Part shown: one piece after another, positions 43,337 to 54,852 of the stretch
How the letters are laid out: every line of letters begins with the position of its first letter
How positions within the stretch are numbered: the stretch's first letter is position 1
Origin: Alphaproteobacteria bacterium
Lineage (GTDB): Bacteria; Pseudomonadota; Alphaproteobacteria; UBA828
Length of the DNA stretch: 64,000 nt
Direction: 5' to 3'
Assembly (NCBI GenBank): GCA_963422645.2
Contig: CAXXVO010000017.1
Location: forward strand, 32,001-96,000
Notes under the pieces: generated by a model
What the model saw: only the letters and a program-made list of their open reading frames with translations
The model's database searches: none
What the model was told of the DNA's origin: nothing
Program-made: the position numbers and the translations under genes

Positions 43337-43615
43337 CTACTGCTTCGCCGCCTCGACGACGATTCGTCCGCGGCCGCGTCTGAGCAGATAACCGCCCCGC
43401 GGGATCGCAAGCGTGCCCCGCTGCACCAGCGGCCAGAGCGTGTCGACGATCAACGCGGCGTTCGCGTCCGCCTGCGCCGCCGCCGCCGGCTGCGATGCAA
43501 GCCACGCGGCGAACGCCCCTTCGCCGATCTCTTTGCCGACAGACTTGCGCAGCGCGTTGAGCTTGCGGCGCTGCCCCTTGGTGAGTGAGTTCTCGTCGAT
43601 CTGGGTTGGGGACAT
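43337..43615 (-). CDS. small basic hypothetical protein
   Basis: 92 aa ORF directly upstream of and co-oriented with the sigma gene, preceded by GGAGCAGG. Confidence 0.6.
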   Translation of the reverse strand: MSPTQIDENSLTKGQRRKLNALRKSVGKEIGEGAFAAWLASQPAAAAQADANAALIVDTLWPLVQRGTLAIPRGGYLLRRGRGRIVVEAAKQ

Positions 43616-44060
43616 ATGAACCTGCTCCCTTGGATTGTTGGACTGCCGACGGCGTTACAACAGTCTCCAATGATCGGCGCGCTTACCGGCACTGCCGCCC
43701 GAAAGATCCACGCCGATGCTCTCACCCGGCCGCCCCAAGCCGGCGGTCCAGCCCGGCCCGCTCCTCCCGGCATCGGATTTCAGGTGAGCGAGGTCGGTCT
43801 CTCGGCGCGTCGTGCTGCAATCCCCGGTCGCGAGCAACGGGCACCGGCACCGCAGCTGCTGCACCCTGTCGGGCTCAGACTTCGAACAGATGCCGACGAT
43901 TCAAAGCGATTCTGGCCGCATGAACGTTAACCGGAACACGCCTCGATCAAGCCGCCAGGCCGGCCGCAACGGCGGGACGACCTTAGGAATTGCGCCGCCA
44001 GCGAACCATCGATCCGTGGGCGACGTGTTCGGTGAGGCCCGCGGAAAGCGTGCGAATGCG

Positions 44061-44086
44061 AAAGAGGGCGGTCACCAACCGCCCTC
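44061..44086 (-). terminator. hairpin terminator after the cold-shock gene
   Basis: GAGGGCGGT-5nt-ACCGCCCTC, followed by TTT on the minus strand. Confidence 0.6.
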
Positions 44087-44100
44087 CCTCGCCGTGACAC

Positions 44101-44310
44101 CTAGTCGACGAGAGCCAGGTTTTCCGCGGATTTCTTCCCGTCTCGACCCGGAACCAATTCGAAGGAAACCCGCTGTCCTTCGTTGAGGCCGGTCAGGCCA
44201 GCGCGCTCAACGGCGCTGATGTGCACGAATGCGTCCTGTGAACCGTTCTCGGGCGTGATGAAACCGTAACCCTTGACCGAATTGAACCATTTCACGGTAC
44301 CTTGAGCCAT
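44101..44310 (-). CDS. cspA: cold-shock protein
   Basis: GTVKWFNSVKGYGFI (RNP1), AFVHISA (RNP2). Confidence 0.95.
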   Translation of the reverse strand: MAQGTVKWFNSVKGYGFITPENGSQDAFVHISAVERAGLTGLNEGQRVSFELVPGRDGKKSAENLALVD

Positions 44311-44453
44311 GATCGTGTCCTTTCACGACGTGTGGGCGAAGCGCCGCTTGATGCGGGCACTCCTGGAGTTTGTTCACAATGTCGTGGAAGTGTCTTGGCC
44401 AACCGTCGAAACGGTCAATCACGAGAGCGACGACGACCTCGTAAACTGATAAC

Positions 44454-44482
44454 ACCATACACCATTTCGACGCCGGTATCAA
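44454..44482 (-). promoter_or_regulatory. sigma-70-type promoter for the cold-shock gene, giving a long 5' UTR
   Basis: Minus strand TTGATA-17 bp-TATGGT about 140 nt upstream of the ATG. Confidence 0.6.
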
Positions 44483-44502
44483 TCGGACTGTCGGTAACTG
44501 TT

Positions 44503-44639
44503 GTAACTGCCCAGGTTCTTGCTGTGAAAATTCTCTGGGATTCGGCACAACGCTACCCACGCGACGCCCGTGTGCTCCTCTGGGGTCGCCGGGTTTCACA
44601 GCTCACGATGCCCCTCTTGCGGACTGCGACCGGTAAGCT
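44503..44639 (-). mobile_element. IS66 right-end fragment (137 bp), cut by element X
   Basis: Matches 27090-27226 except for one SNP shared with copy B. Confidence 0.9.
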
Positions 44640-47152
44640 CAGACTTCCTGACCTCGTGATGCTGGCTGTTCTGGGCAGCGTGCCGGGAACTCCTTGAATT
44701 CTGATACATTTCGGTTGTTTCAGGCGGTTTTTCGCTGGGTGTCGCGCCCGAGGTCTGATATTATAATTTGATACCAATTGCACGGTCTCAACCATGCCCA
44801 GTACCCTCCCAATGTGCCCTCCAGAGGCGGTCTCGATCGGCAACAGCTGCTTCGCCGTCCTGATCTCGGACGACACCTTCACCTACTTTTCCAACCTCAT
44901 TCCCTTTGACAGCCACGCCGCCGATGACCGCACGGCCATGCTCTTGCGGATCGGCCGCCTCGCGGCGATCAGCGCGGTCTCGCCGCAGGAACTGGCTGAC
45001 GCTTTCGCTGTCTCGCGCGCGACGGTGCAGCGCGCACGACGGCGCTACCTGGCCGAGGGCGAAGCGGGGTTCATGAAGCCCCGGCGCGGTCGCGGGCCGT
45101 CGGTGTTCACTCCGGAGTTGGCGGAGAAGGCGACGGCGTTGCTGGCATCGGGCCTGAGCGGCTCTGCGGCGGCCCGGGTTCTCGGCGTGTCAGCGCCATC
45201 GGTCAACAAGTGGCGCCGTCAGGGACTGATCGGCAACACGGAGGCGGATGGGGAGCCCGGACGCTCAGCGCTGGCTGCGCCGCCTGACGCGGGTGCGGCT
45301 CCTGAAGGCCGTGTCGATGAAGAGAGTACCGGTGCCCCGGGGCCGGAGACGGCGCCGGGGCTGGAAGCGCAGCCGCAAACGGATCGCAGCGCGCGCGATC
45401 GGCGGGACCGGCAGGCGCCGATGGGGCGTGCGACTTGCGATGTTCCGGCTCGGGTTCTGGCCAGTTGTGGACAGGCGGGGCCGGTCGAACCGCAGTTCGC
45501 CGCCGCCGCCCGCGGTGTCCGCTTCGGCGGCGTGCTCGCCGCCCTGCCGGCCCTGCTGAAGGAAGGTCTTCTCTCCGAGACCGGTCTCCTGCCATTGCTG
45601 CCGAAGGGCTATTACGGCTTGCCTACGATCCTGCTCTTCCTGGCCTTCATGACCTTGGCGCGGGTGCGCAACCCCGAGAGCCTGCGCTACCAGGCGCCGG
45701 GCGAATGGGGCGCCATTCTCGGCCTCGATCGCTGCCCCGAGGTCAAGACGCTGCGCCGCAAGATCGCTCTCATCGCCGACGACGAGGCCGGCGTGCGGGC
45801 GTGGCAGCTCGCCCTTGCCAGGCGCTGGCAGGCGCCGACGAGCCGGAGCTCTGGGCGACGCTGGCCATCGACGGGCACGTCAAGGTCTACTCCGGCCGCA
45901 AGGGGCGCTTGCCCAAGCACTTCGTCTCGCGCGAGAAGCTGTGCCTGCCGGCGAGCGCCAGCTACTGGATCAACGCTCTGGGCGGCAAGCCGCTGCTCTG
46001 TCTGCACAAGCCGCTGGACCCGAAGATGGTCGCGGCCATCGAAGCCGACGTGGTGCCGGCGCTGCAGGAGCTTGGGATCGTTGGCGCCGGGGCGCCGGAC
46101 CTGACCGCCGAGCATCCCGGCCAGCCGGCGCTCACCCTGGTCTTCGACCGCGAGGGCTGGAGCCCGGATCTGTTCCGCCGGCTGGCGAGGCGCGGCGTCG
46201 CCTGCCTGACCTGGCACAAGAACTTCAGGGGCGAGGACTGGCCGGCCGAGGACTTCGGCGCGATGACCGTTCCCATTCACGGACCGGCGGCGGACGGCAG
46301 CGCCACCATGCGGCTGGCTGAGAAGCCGGTGACGTTGCCGAACGGCTTCAGGGTGCGCCAGATCCGCCGCCTGCTCGACAACGGCCGTCAGGTGCCGCTG
46401 ATCACCACCGATCCGCACAAGCCGATGGCTGAGGTTGCGGGCGCCATGTTCTCGCGCTGGTCGCAGGAGAACTTCTTCAAGTACATGCGTGACGAGTTCA
46501 ATCTCGACGCCCTGCCGACCCACGAGCTCGAGCCTCTCGATCCCGCCGCCATGGTCGTCAACCCGCTGCGGCGGGCCTATGACAAGGCAATCCATCGCCT
46601 CGACCGCCAGCTTGGCCGCCTGCGCAACCGCATCGCCGACACGGCCCGGAAGAAGCAGCCGACGGCGGAACTCAGGAGGGAAGTCAGGGACCTCCAGGAT
46701 GTCCGCGACATCGTCAGGGCCAGCCGCAGGGAGACGCCCAAGCACTGCCGGGCCGGCGACCTCGACGAAGCCGAGCAGCTCGATGCCTTGCCCGCGCGCG
46801 AGCGCCTCCTCCTCGACGTCATCCGGATGATCGCCTACCGCGCCGAAACCCGCATGATGCTTCCCGTCATGCAGGCGCAGGGCCACAAGCCCCATCCCCG
46901 GAAACTGCTTCAAGCGCTGCTCACCGCCGATGCCGACATCCTGCCGGATCCTGGCAATGGCCTCCTGCGGGTCCACATTCTTGGCCTCGCAAACGACGCC
47001 TGCGACCGTTGGATCGATGCGGTTCTGAGCGACCTGAACGCCACCGAAACGGTCTTCCCCGGCACCCGTCTGCGCATAGTCTACGACATCGACGGGGCCT
47101 CGGAATCCGCGCGGCTCGTGTCACCTAAAATCAGCAGAGGTCAGGAAGTCTG
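44640..47152 (+). mobile_element. element X copy 2 (2513 bp), flanks AAGCT/AATAT not duplicated
   Basis: 16-bp terminal inverted repeats CAGACTTCCTGACCTC. Confidence 0.9.
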
Positions 47153-47153
47153 A
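44794..47153 (+). CDS. element X putative DDE transposase, split by a -1 frameshift near 45830
   Basis: N-terminal double HTH (ORF 44794..); C-terminal AIDGHVKVY, LVFDREGW and RWSQENFFKY (ORF ..47153). Confidence 0.72.
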
Positions 47154-47380
47154 ATATATATTATAAATCAGCAAGTTCAATAGACATCGACTAGACATTG
47201 GTAACTTGTGGCTCCAGTCTAATATGTCCGGTAGGTCCCGTCAAGCGTGACCGCTAAAGAAGGACGGCCTATAGCCATACCTATGCATAGCTCACGAACG
47301 AGTAAGCTAGCGGATCCGGGCACCGATGTCCTATGGGTTTGAGCGTCAGGGGTTGTCCTGGGTGGAGTAAGGCTGCGCGG

Positions 47381-48268
47381 CTATCGTCGCATCCCAACGA
47401 AAGCCTGACCGCCGATGCTGCCGAGGATGATCAGCCCGCCGACGAGGGTCAGGATGCTCGGCACTTCGCCGAACGCGAGCGCCACCCAGAGCGATGCGAA
47501 CACCACCTCGGTCAGCGACAGCACGAGCAGCTCGGCGGCGGGGACGTTTCGCGCGCCGATGGTCAGCATGAAGATGCCGGCGCCGATGACCAGCACGCCG
47601 TACATCGTGGCCAGGCCGACATCCACGAGCGGCGGCGCGAGTCCGGTGCCGCTCGCCGCCGCCATGACCCCGCTGAACACGACGGTGATGGCGGCGGCGA
47701 TCAGAATTGACGGGCTCATGTCGGTGTGCCGGCCGCGTCGTATTGCGACCGAGAACCCGGCGAAGCCGACCGCAGACGCGAGCGACGCCAGATCGCCGAG
47801 GATATCGGCCTCCGCCAGCCCCTCCCCGATCATGACCGCGACGCCGGCGATCACGCCGGTCATGGCGAACCACATCGAGCGCGACACGCGCTCGCGCAGC
47901 ACCATCCAGCCGAGGAAGGCCGCAAAAAGCGGCGCCGCGCTGATCAGGAAGAGCGCATTCGCCACCGTGGAATGCATGACGCCCCACACGTAGCCGGTGA
48001 AGGCGACCGCGAGGCCCAGGCCGGCCACCAAGCCCGTCGTACCTGCGCGGCGGATTGTCGGAAGCATCGGGCGGCCGGTGACGAGCAGATAGACGAGGAC
48101 CGTCAACGCCGCCCCGAGGGAGCGGTAGAACAAGAACTGCCACGCCGTGCTCTCGTCGGCGAGCCGGATGATCGGCCCGCCAAGGCTCATGCAGAGCCCG
48201 GCCGAGAGCACCCAGAGGCGGCCGGTAACGCGGCTGCGTTCGGGCCCGGAACCCAGGACCGTGGTCAA
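47381..48268 (-). CDS. DMT/EamA family transporter
   Basis: Two repeats of hydrophobic helices, LGWMVLRERV, LAFGEVP. Confidence 0.88.
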   Translation of the reverse strand: MTTVLGSGPERSRVTGRLWVLSAGLCMSLGGPIIRLADESTAWQFLFYRSLGAALTVLVYLLVTGRPMLPTIRRAGTTGLVAGLGLAVAFTGYVWGVMHSTVANALFLISAAPLFAAFLGWMVLRERVSRSMWFAMTGVIAGVAVMIGEGLAEADILGDLASLASAVGFAGFSVAIRRGRHTDMSPSILIAAAITVVFSGVMAAASGTGLAPPLVDVGLATMYGVLVIGAGIFMLTIGARNVPAAELLVLSLTEVVFASLWVALAFGEVPSILTLVGGLIILGSIGGQAFVGMRR

Positions 48269-48345
48269 GAGGCCTCCTCACGATCTGCGAGATTGGCCGG
48301 GACGCGCCGAGGCGTCCGCCAGAATCGCGCGCAAGAATGCCCGGA

Positions 48346-49596
48346 TTAGGGCGACTTGTCGCCGTCCGATTCCGTCTCGGAGCGCGGGTCCAGCTCGTAG
48401 AGGGTGGGCGAGGTGCGGGGCACGGCCACAAAACCGGCACGATCGTCCTGCTTCGGCCGCCGGCGTAGCACGAGGCGGACGATGGTGAAGAGCGCGAGCG
48501 CGGCGTGGACGGAGGTCGTGAACATGAACAAGCCGCCGCTGCCGTAATACCCCATCAGGGCCGATGCGATCAGCGGGCCAAGCGACGCGCCGAGCCCGTA
48601 TATGAGCAGGAGCCCGCCGGCGGTCGCCACGAAGCGCGTGTCCTCGGCGTGGTCGTTCGCATGCGCCACTGAGACAGCGTAGAGCGGCATTGCGAAGCCG
48701 CCGAAAGCGGCTGAGAGCCCGATGAGCAGGGTGGTTGATGGCTCCACCCAGGTGCTGAGCAGGATGCCGCTCGCCGCCGCGCAGAGCGTTGCTCCGACGA
48801 TTACGAAGCGCCGGTCGATGCGGTCGGAGACCAGGCCGAGCGGCCATTGCGCGACGGCGCCGGCGAGCGTTGCGCCTGCGATGAAGTACACCAGATTGTC
48901 GATGTCGAGACCGCTGCGGCTCGCGAAAACCGGCCCCAGGGTCCAGAACGAGCCGTTGACGAGGCCGACGCTCAGGCACCCGATGAATCCCACCGGCGAG
49001 AGGCGCCAAAGACCCGCGATGTCGAGGCCGATGGTCGCGGGCCGGGGCGGCTCCGGCGCCTTGGTCAGCGACACCGGCACCAGCGCGATCGCAATCAGGA
49101 TGGCGATGAGCGCAAACAACTCGAAGCCCGCAGGGTCGTACGCCGTCAGCAGGAACTGCCCTGCCATCAACACGCAGAGGCTGATGAAGGTGTATGCCGA
49201 CATGATCGCGCCGCGGTTGGCGCTGGTGGCGCGGTCATTCAACCAGCTCTCGATCACCACGTAGAGCCCGGAGAAGGCAAAGCCGACAAAGAAACGCAGA
49301 ACCCCCCAGACGATTGGGTCGATCAAGAAGACATGAGCCAGCGCCGTGGCGGCGATGATGCTGGAGAGCGTCGCGAAGGTCCTGATGTGACCGACGCGGC
49401 GCACCACAAAGGGCACATTAAGGCAGCCCAGGATGAAGCCCGCGAAGTAGACGGTGCCGAGCAGGCCGATCTCGAGCGTCGAGAAGGCCTCGATCTCAGC
49501 CCGCACGGGCAGGAGCGTGTTGATCAGCCCGTTGCCGGTGAAGAGGATGGCCGTGCTGAGCAGCAGCGCGGCGAGCTGTCGAAGCGTCGCGGTCAT
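48346..49596 (-). CDS. MFS transporter (YcaD-like)
   Basis: From ATG 49596: RRVGHIRTF, IESWLN, QWPLGLVSDRIDRR, AHANDH. Confidence 0.88.
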   Translation of the reverse strand: MTATLRQLAALLLSTAILFTGNGLINTLLPVRAEIEAFSTLEIGLLGTVYFAGFILGCLNVPFVVRRVGHIRTFATLSSIIAATALAHVFLIDPIVWGVLRFFVGFAFSGLYVVIESWLNDRATSANRGAIMSAYTFISLCVLMAGQFLLTAYDPAGFELFALIAILIAIALVPVSLTKAPEPPRPATIGLDIAGLWRLSPVGFIGCLSVGLVNGSFWTLGPVFASRSGLDIDNLVYFIAGATLAGAVAQWPLGLVSDRIDRRFVIVGATLCAAASGILLSTWVEPSTTLLIGLSAAFGGFAMPLYAVSVAHANDHAEDTRFVATAGGLLLIYGLGASLGPLIASALMGYYGSGGLFMFTTSVHAALALFTIVRLVLRRRPKQDDRAGFVAVPRTSPTLYELDPRSETESDGDKSP

Positions 49597-49665
49597 GGCG
49601 ATGTGCAGGTGGGGTGGCGGTCCCCGATCAGCAACACAAATTCGCCCGCCACCGGAAGAATTTAA

Positions 49666-49866
49666 GTAACTACCCAGGTACCCCAATCCTGAGTTTAGGA
49701 CGGTGATTATGGCGGCGGCCGCGGCCTGGTTCTGCCACCGCGATTGGTTCTTGACCTCATAGAGTTGCGGGACTATGGACTGCTCTCTCGCGTGACGGGA
49801 GCGGTCCATGGGGTATTTCGGCTCGAAGGCGACAGCAGGTCTGTGCCAAGCGCTGATTGCGCTGAT
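49666..49866 (+). mobile_element. isolated end of the second IS66-type element, with the start of a possible passenger gene
   Basis: Begins GTAACTACCCAGGTACCCC; ORF from 49808 MGYFGSKATAGLCQALIAL resembles Dam-type (D12) methylase N-termini; cut by IS21. Confidence 0.55.
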
Positions 49867-50068
49867 TGTCAATCGGCTTTCAATACTGACCCCCGATCGG
49901 CGTGCAAAATTGACCCCCCTGAGTGGCACGGCGGAGGTTGTCCCGGTAGCCAATAGGGGGGACCCGCGCGGCTTCGTGTGGCGCCCTGCGCTACGCGGAG
50001 CGAAGCCGCGTGGGGGGTCCCTGTTGGCCCACCGGGGCAACCGGGCCGCAAGGGAGGCCGGCGGCGGG

Positions 50069-50797
50069 TCAGGAGCGGTTCTTGAAGCGCCAGCTCTCGT
50101 TGCCGGTCTCGATGATCTCGCAATGATGGGTGAGGCGATCGAGCAGCGCTGTGGTCATCTTGGGGTCGCCGAAGACGGATGGCCATTCGCCGAAGGCGAG
50201 GTTTGTGGTGATGACGATCGAGGTGCGCTCGTAGAGCCGGCTCATCAGATGGAAGAGCAGCTGCCCACCGGCCTGGGCGAAGGGCAGGTAGCCGAGCTCG
50301 TCGAGGATGACGAAGTCGCGGCGGACGAGCTGGTCTGCAGTGCGGCCCTGGCGTCCGGCGCGAAGCTCGGCCTCGAGGAGGTTGACCAGGTCGACGACGT
50401 TGTAGCACCGGCCGCGCGCGCCCTTGCGGATGCAGGACCGCGCGATGGCGACGGCGAGATGGGTCTTGCCGGTACCGGTGCCGCCGACCAGCACGATGTT
50501 GCGTTTGCCCTCGAGGAAGCCGCCGCCGGCGAGCTCCTGGATCAGGGGCTCGTTGACCGGCGAGGCGGCGAAGTCGAAGTCGGCCAGCTCCTTGACCGTC
50601 GGCAGCTTGGCGGAGGCCATCTGGTACTTGATCGAGCGGGCCCTCTTGTCGGCGATCTCGACCTGCAGCAGCGTACCGATGATCTGTTGCACCGGATGGC
50701 GGCGCTTGAGCCCGTCGGCAAGGATGTCGTCGTAAGCGGCGCGCATACCTGCGAGCTTCAGCTGGGTCATCATCTCCAGCACATCATGACGCTCCAT
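50069..50797 (-). CDS. istB: IS21 helper ATPase
   Basis: Protein identical to copy 1. Confidence 0.95.
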   Translation of the reverse strand: MERHDVLEMMTQLKLAGMRAAYDDILADGLKRRHPVQQIIGTLLQVEIADKRARSIKYQMASAKLPTVKELADFDFAASPVNEPLIQELAGGGFLEGKRNIVLVGGTGTGKTHLAVAIARSCIRKGARGRCYNVVDLVNLLEAELRAGRQGRTADQLVRRDFVILDELGYLPFAQAGGQLLFHLMSRLYERTSIVITTNLAFGEWPSVFGDPKMTTALLDRLTHHCEIIETGNESWRFKNRS

Positions 50798-52310
50798 GAC
50801 CGGCCTCCCTCAGGCTGTCGTAGCGCTGACAGTCGGCTACCGGCTTGTGGCGAAGCTGCAGGCCCTCGGGCGTCGGGATGATTGCCGGCGGTGCCGGCTG
50901 GCGCTGCCGGGCGAGGATGTTGAGCACCACGTCGGCGCTGCAGGCACCGCAGTCGAGCGTCTCGGCACAGGCCGCCTCAACCGCCTCCAGTCCGTCCTCC
51001 AGCACCGCCGCGAGCACCTTGACGAACTGCCGGTCGCCGTCGTCGTGGCCCGCGAGCCGGGTTCGCAGGCGGCCGAGCGCGTTGGGCAACTGCCAGTCCT
51101 TGAAGGGCGCGCCATTGCGTAGCGCGCCGGGCTTCCGCGTCAGGATCGGCACGTAATGCCACGGATCGTAGACGAACCGGCCGCGCCCGAAGCTGCGGGG
51201 GTGCTCGGCAACGGTCTCGCCGTCCTGGCGGATGACGATCCGATCGGCATAGGCCCGCACGTCCACCGGCCGGCCGACGGCGCGGGCCGCGACGCTGTAC
51301 TGGTTGTTGTCGAAGCGCACCAGACAGGTCTTCGAGACCGACACCTCGCTGGCATGGAAGCCGTCGAAGGGGCCGCGATACGCCATCAGGAAGGGCTGCT
51401 CCTCCTCGAACACCTGCCACACCGTCTTGCCCGGGATTGTCGGATGCGGATGCTTCTTGGCGTCCTCGATGCACCGATCCATCAGCCACTCGTTGATCTC
51501 GGCGTAGGAGCGGCCCCGCGGGATGGGCACGAACAGGCGGCCGCGAAGGTCACCCACCTGCTTCTCGACCTGCCCCTTCTCCCAGCCAGCCCCTGGCGTG
51601 CACGCCACAGGCTCCACCAGATGGTGCGAGCACAGCTCCTGGAAGCGGCGGTTGTAGTCCCGCTTCTTGCCCACGAAGATCGTGCTCACCGCCGTCTTCA
51701 TGTTGTCGTAGATGCCCCGCCGGCAGACCCCGCCGAAGAAGCGGAAGGCACGCTCGTGCGCCTCGAAGACCATCTCCTGGCTCTCGCGGGGAAAGATCTG
51801 GACCAGATACATCCGGCTGTGGCACAGCCGCATGTGCGCCGCCTTCACCCTGGTCGTCGCGCCCGACAGACGCGCGTACTCGTGGCTCCAGTCGAACTGG
51901 TAGGCCTCGCCGGGATCGAAGATCAGCGGCACATAGGCCTGCGCCGGCGACAACAGCCGCCACCGGCGCCGCCAGGCCCTGGCATAGCGGCGAACCGCGT
52001 CATAGCCGCCCTTGTAGCCCAGCGACACAAGGTCTTCATGAATCCGCAGAAGAGACAGCCGATCCTTGCGTGCCTTCTTCTCGTTGGCCTTCAGCTGGCG
52101 CTCAAGCTCCTCCACCCACAGCCCAAGCTTCGGCATCGGCTGGATCTTGCGCTCGTAGCTGTGCGAGGTCGCATCGCCCCGCACCACCTTGCGTATCGTG
52201 TTCTTGGAAACCCTCAAATCCCGGGCGAGCTTCTTGATCGGAACGCCCTTCACCAGATGATCCCGACGGATCTTCGCGATCGTTTCCACAACCAGCATCT
52301 CCCCCACCAC
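50784..52310 (-). CDS. istA: IS21 DDE transposase
   Basis: Protein identical to copy 1. Confidence 0.95.
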   Translation of the reverse strand: MVGEMLVVETIAKIRRDHLVKGVPIKKLARDLRVSKNTIRKVVRGDATSHSYERKIQPMPKLGLWVEELERQLKANEKKARKDRLSLLRIHEDLVSLGYKGGYDAVRRYARAWRRRWRLLSPAQAYVPLIFDPGEAYQFDWSHEYARLSGATTRVKAAHMRLCHSRMYLVQIFPRESQEMVFEAHERAFRFFGGVCRRGIYDNMKTAVSTIFVGKKRDYNRRFQELCSHHLVEPVACTPGAGWEKGQVEKQVGDLRGRLFVPIPRGRSYAEINEWLMDRCIEDAKKHPHPTIPGKTVWQVFEEEQPFLMAYRGPFDGFHASEVSVSKTCLVRFDNNQYSVAARAVGRPVDVRAYADRIVIRQDGETVAEHPRSFGRGRFVYDPWHYVPILTRKPGALRNGAPFKDWQLPNALGRLRTRLAGHDDGDRQFVKVLAAVLEDGLEAVEAACAETLDCGACSADVVLNILARQRQPAPPAIIPTPEGLQLRHKPVADCQRYDSLREAGHGAS

Positions 52311-52417
52311 CCCGTCCGTCCAAACGACGAGGTGTGTTCATGGACACAAATCCAGGGGGGTCAATTTTGGACGCCGATCACCCCCAATAGGGGGTCACTT
52401 TTCCACGCTTAACAACA

Positions 52418-52921
52418 GTCGCGCACCGCCTTCACGATGGAGGGCAGGTTGGGGCGCGGGTCCAGCAGCCAGAGCTGGGACTTGGTGGCGAAGGCATGGG
52501 TGCGCTCCTGCATGATCGAGGAGCCTTCGCCGTAGTCCTCGCCGAGGATCACCAGTGCGCCCCCCGTGACCCCGCCGGAGGAGAGATTGGCGAGGGCGTC
52601 CGCCGCCACATTGGCGCCGACGGGCCCCTTGAAGGTGACCGCGCCCCGGATCGGATAATTGACGGAGGCGGCGAGCATGGCGGCGGCCGCAGCCTCGCTG
52701 GCGTTGGCCTCGAAATGCACGCCGAGTTCGCCCAGAATTTCCTCGGCGTCGGAGAGCACGTCGATCAGGTGCGAAACCGGCGCGCCGGGATAGCCGCCCA
52801 CATAGCCCACGCCGCATTCGAGCAGGGCTTTCGTAATTGCCAGGATTCCCTCGCCGCGGAACTCCTGCCCCGCTCCGATGCGCAAGTCCTGAACTTCCTT
52901 GGCGAATGAACGCTCGGCCAT
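52418..52921 (-). pseudogene. iorA: indolepyruvate:ferredoxin oxidoreductase alpha subunit, 5' fragment
   Basis: MAERSFAKEV, GEGILAITKALL, GGYPGAP, GEDYGEGSSIMQER; cut by IS21 copy 3. Confidence 0.82.
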
Positions 52922-53089
52922 TGGTGCCGTCCTGCAAGATTCGGGAGGATTATGCCCTCAATATATTCGATTCCGGTAACTGCCCAGGTCGTCTGATTTG
53001 TCATTTTGGGCCAGTGGATTGAGGCGTTTCTCGTTCGGAGTTGGTGGAAAGGGCTTGACGGGAATTTCGGGAAATGACTCAACAACGAC

Positions 53090-54595
53090 ATGAGCAATCC
53101 CGAGTCGCCGCGCGGCCCTTCGACGGGAGCAGCGCCCGAAACGCCCGCGCAGAAGATCGCCCGCCTGGAGGAGGAGAACGCCCGGCTTCGGGAGGAAAAT
53201 GCCTGGCTTCGGCAGCAGAACGCGCGGCTGGAAGAGCAAGTCGCGCGTCTCGTCGAGCGCATCGAGGAGTTGGAGCGCCGTCTCGGCCTCAACAGCGGCA
53301 ACAGCGGCAAGCCGCCTTCGAGCGATGGGCTGAGGAAGCCGAATTCGAAGCGGCGAACCCGAAGCCTGCGCGGCAAATCGGGCCGCAAGCCCGGTGGCCA
53401 GCCCGGCCACAAGGGCAAGACGCTGCGCCGCGCCGATCACCCGGATCGGGTGAAGGATCACGTCCCGGCTTCCTGCAAGGGATGCGGTTCGCCGCTTTCG
53501 GACGCGGCCAGGGCGGGAACGCCCGTCGCCCGCCAGGTGTTCGATCTGCCCGAGCCGAGCCCCCTGGAGGTGACCGAGCACCGGGCGCATGCCAAGTGCT
53601 GCGGGCATTGCGGGACGGTGACCCGGGCGGCGTTCCCCGACGGGGTGTCGGCGCCGGTGCAGTACGGCCCGCGCATTGCCGGGGTGGCGGTCTACCTTCA
53701 GCACGCTCACTTCCTGCCGGAGGATCGGCTGTCGCAGGTGATGGCCGAGCTCTTCGGCGCGCCGGTGACGGCTGCGACGTTGGCGACGATGAGCGAGAGG
53801 GCGGCCGAGCGGCTGCGGGACGCGGCCTTGCACATACAGGACCTGGCGGCGGGCACGGCGCGGGTGAAACACATGGACGAGACCGGCTTGCGGATCGGCG
53901 GTCAGACGCAGTGGCTTCATGTGATCTGCACGCCGCTGCTGGCGGCGTACCGGGTCAGCGGCAAGCGCGGCGCCCTGCTCTCGGGTGTCTCCGGCATCGT
54001 CGTGCACGATCACTGGAAGCCGTACTTCGCGATGGAAGGGGTGGAGCACGGCCTGTGCAACGCCCATCACCTGCGGGAGTTGCAGGCGCTGGTGGACATC
54101 GAAGGGGAGGCTTGGGCCCGGCGGATGCAGCAGCTCCTGCGCCGAGCCAATCGCGCCGCCCGCATCGCGCTGGACAAGGATATCGCCGTTCCGGCGAGGC
54201 TTGTGGCGCTGATCGAGCGCCGATACGACGAGATCATCGCCGATGCGCTGGCCTTTCACGAGAGCCAACCACCGTTCTCGCCTGGCAAGAGGAAGAAGCG
54301 CCGGAAGCGAAGGATCGGTCACAATCCGGCCTTGAGGCTGCGCGACCACAAATGCGCGGTGCTCCGGTTCCTGATCGACCTCGAGGTCGGGTTCACGAAC
54401 AACGAGGCCGAGCGCGACCTTCGGATGATGAAGCTGCGCCAGAAGATCTCCGGGGGCTTCCGGTCCGCGCAGGGGGCCGAGAACTTCGCCATCCTGCGCA
54501 GCGTCATCACCACCGCCAGAAAGCAGGGCTGGAATATCATCGAAGCCCTGACCAGCCCATCGGATCGGCTCATCGCCACCGTCAAGTGCGCGTAA
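53090..54595 (+). CDS. IS66 transposase
   Basis: Same protein as copy A except NLAL to NPAL. Confidence 0.93.
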   Translation: MSNPESPRGPSTGAAPETPAQKIARLEEENARLREENAWLRQQNARLEEQVARLVERIEELERRLGLNSGNSGKPPSSDGLRKPNSKRRTRSLRGKSGRKPGGQPGHKGKTLRRADHPDRVKDHVPASCKGCGSPLSDAARAGTPVARQVFDLPEPSPLEVTEHRAHAKCCGHCGTVTRAAFPDGVSAPVQYGPRIAGVAVYLQHAHFLPEDRLSQVMAELFGAPVTAATLATMSERAAERLRDAALHIQDLAAGTARVKHMDETGLRIGGQTQWLHVICTPLLAAYRVSGKRGALLSGVSGIVVHDHWKPYFAMEGVEHGLCNAHHLRELQALVDIEGEAWARRMQQLLRRANRAARIALDKDIAVPARLVALIERRYDEIIADALAFHESQPPFSPGKRKKRRKRRIGHNPALRLRDHKCAVLRFLIDLEVGFTNNEAERDLRMMKLRQKISGGFRSAQGAENFAILRSVITTARKQGWNIIEALTSPSDRLIATVKCA

Positions 54596-54852
54596 GCTCA
54601 CCTGGCACGGGTTCTCCAACAGCGGAGCCATTCTCATAAACGATCATGGTCGACGCCGTGCTGGACCACCCCATAGAATGAAAATCGGTGCCCGTCGCGC
54701 GGGCGGACTTCGGGCCACATCGGGGTAGCTTACCGGTCGCAGTCCGCAAGAGGGGCATCGTGAGCTGTGAAACCCGGCGACCCCAGAGGAGCACACGGGC
54801 GTCGCGTGGGTAGCGTTGTGCCGAATCCCAGAGAATTTTCACAGCAAGAACC

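Larger units (their letters stand above)
49867..52417 (-). mobile_element. IS21-family element, copy 3, no target duplication
   Basis: Same ends and length as copies 1-2; one SNP near 52355. Confidence 0.95.

Noticed and set aside
47153-47340. AT-rich stretch with a short TAGACAT repeat
   Set aside because: No ORF, RNA motif or regular repeat spacing that I can support.
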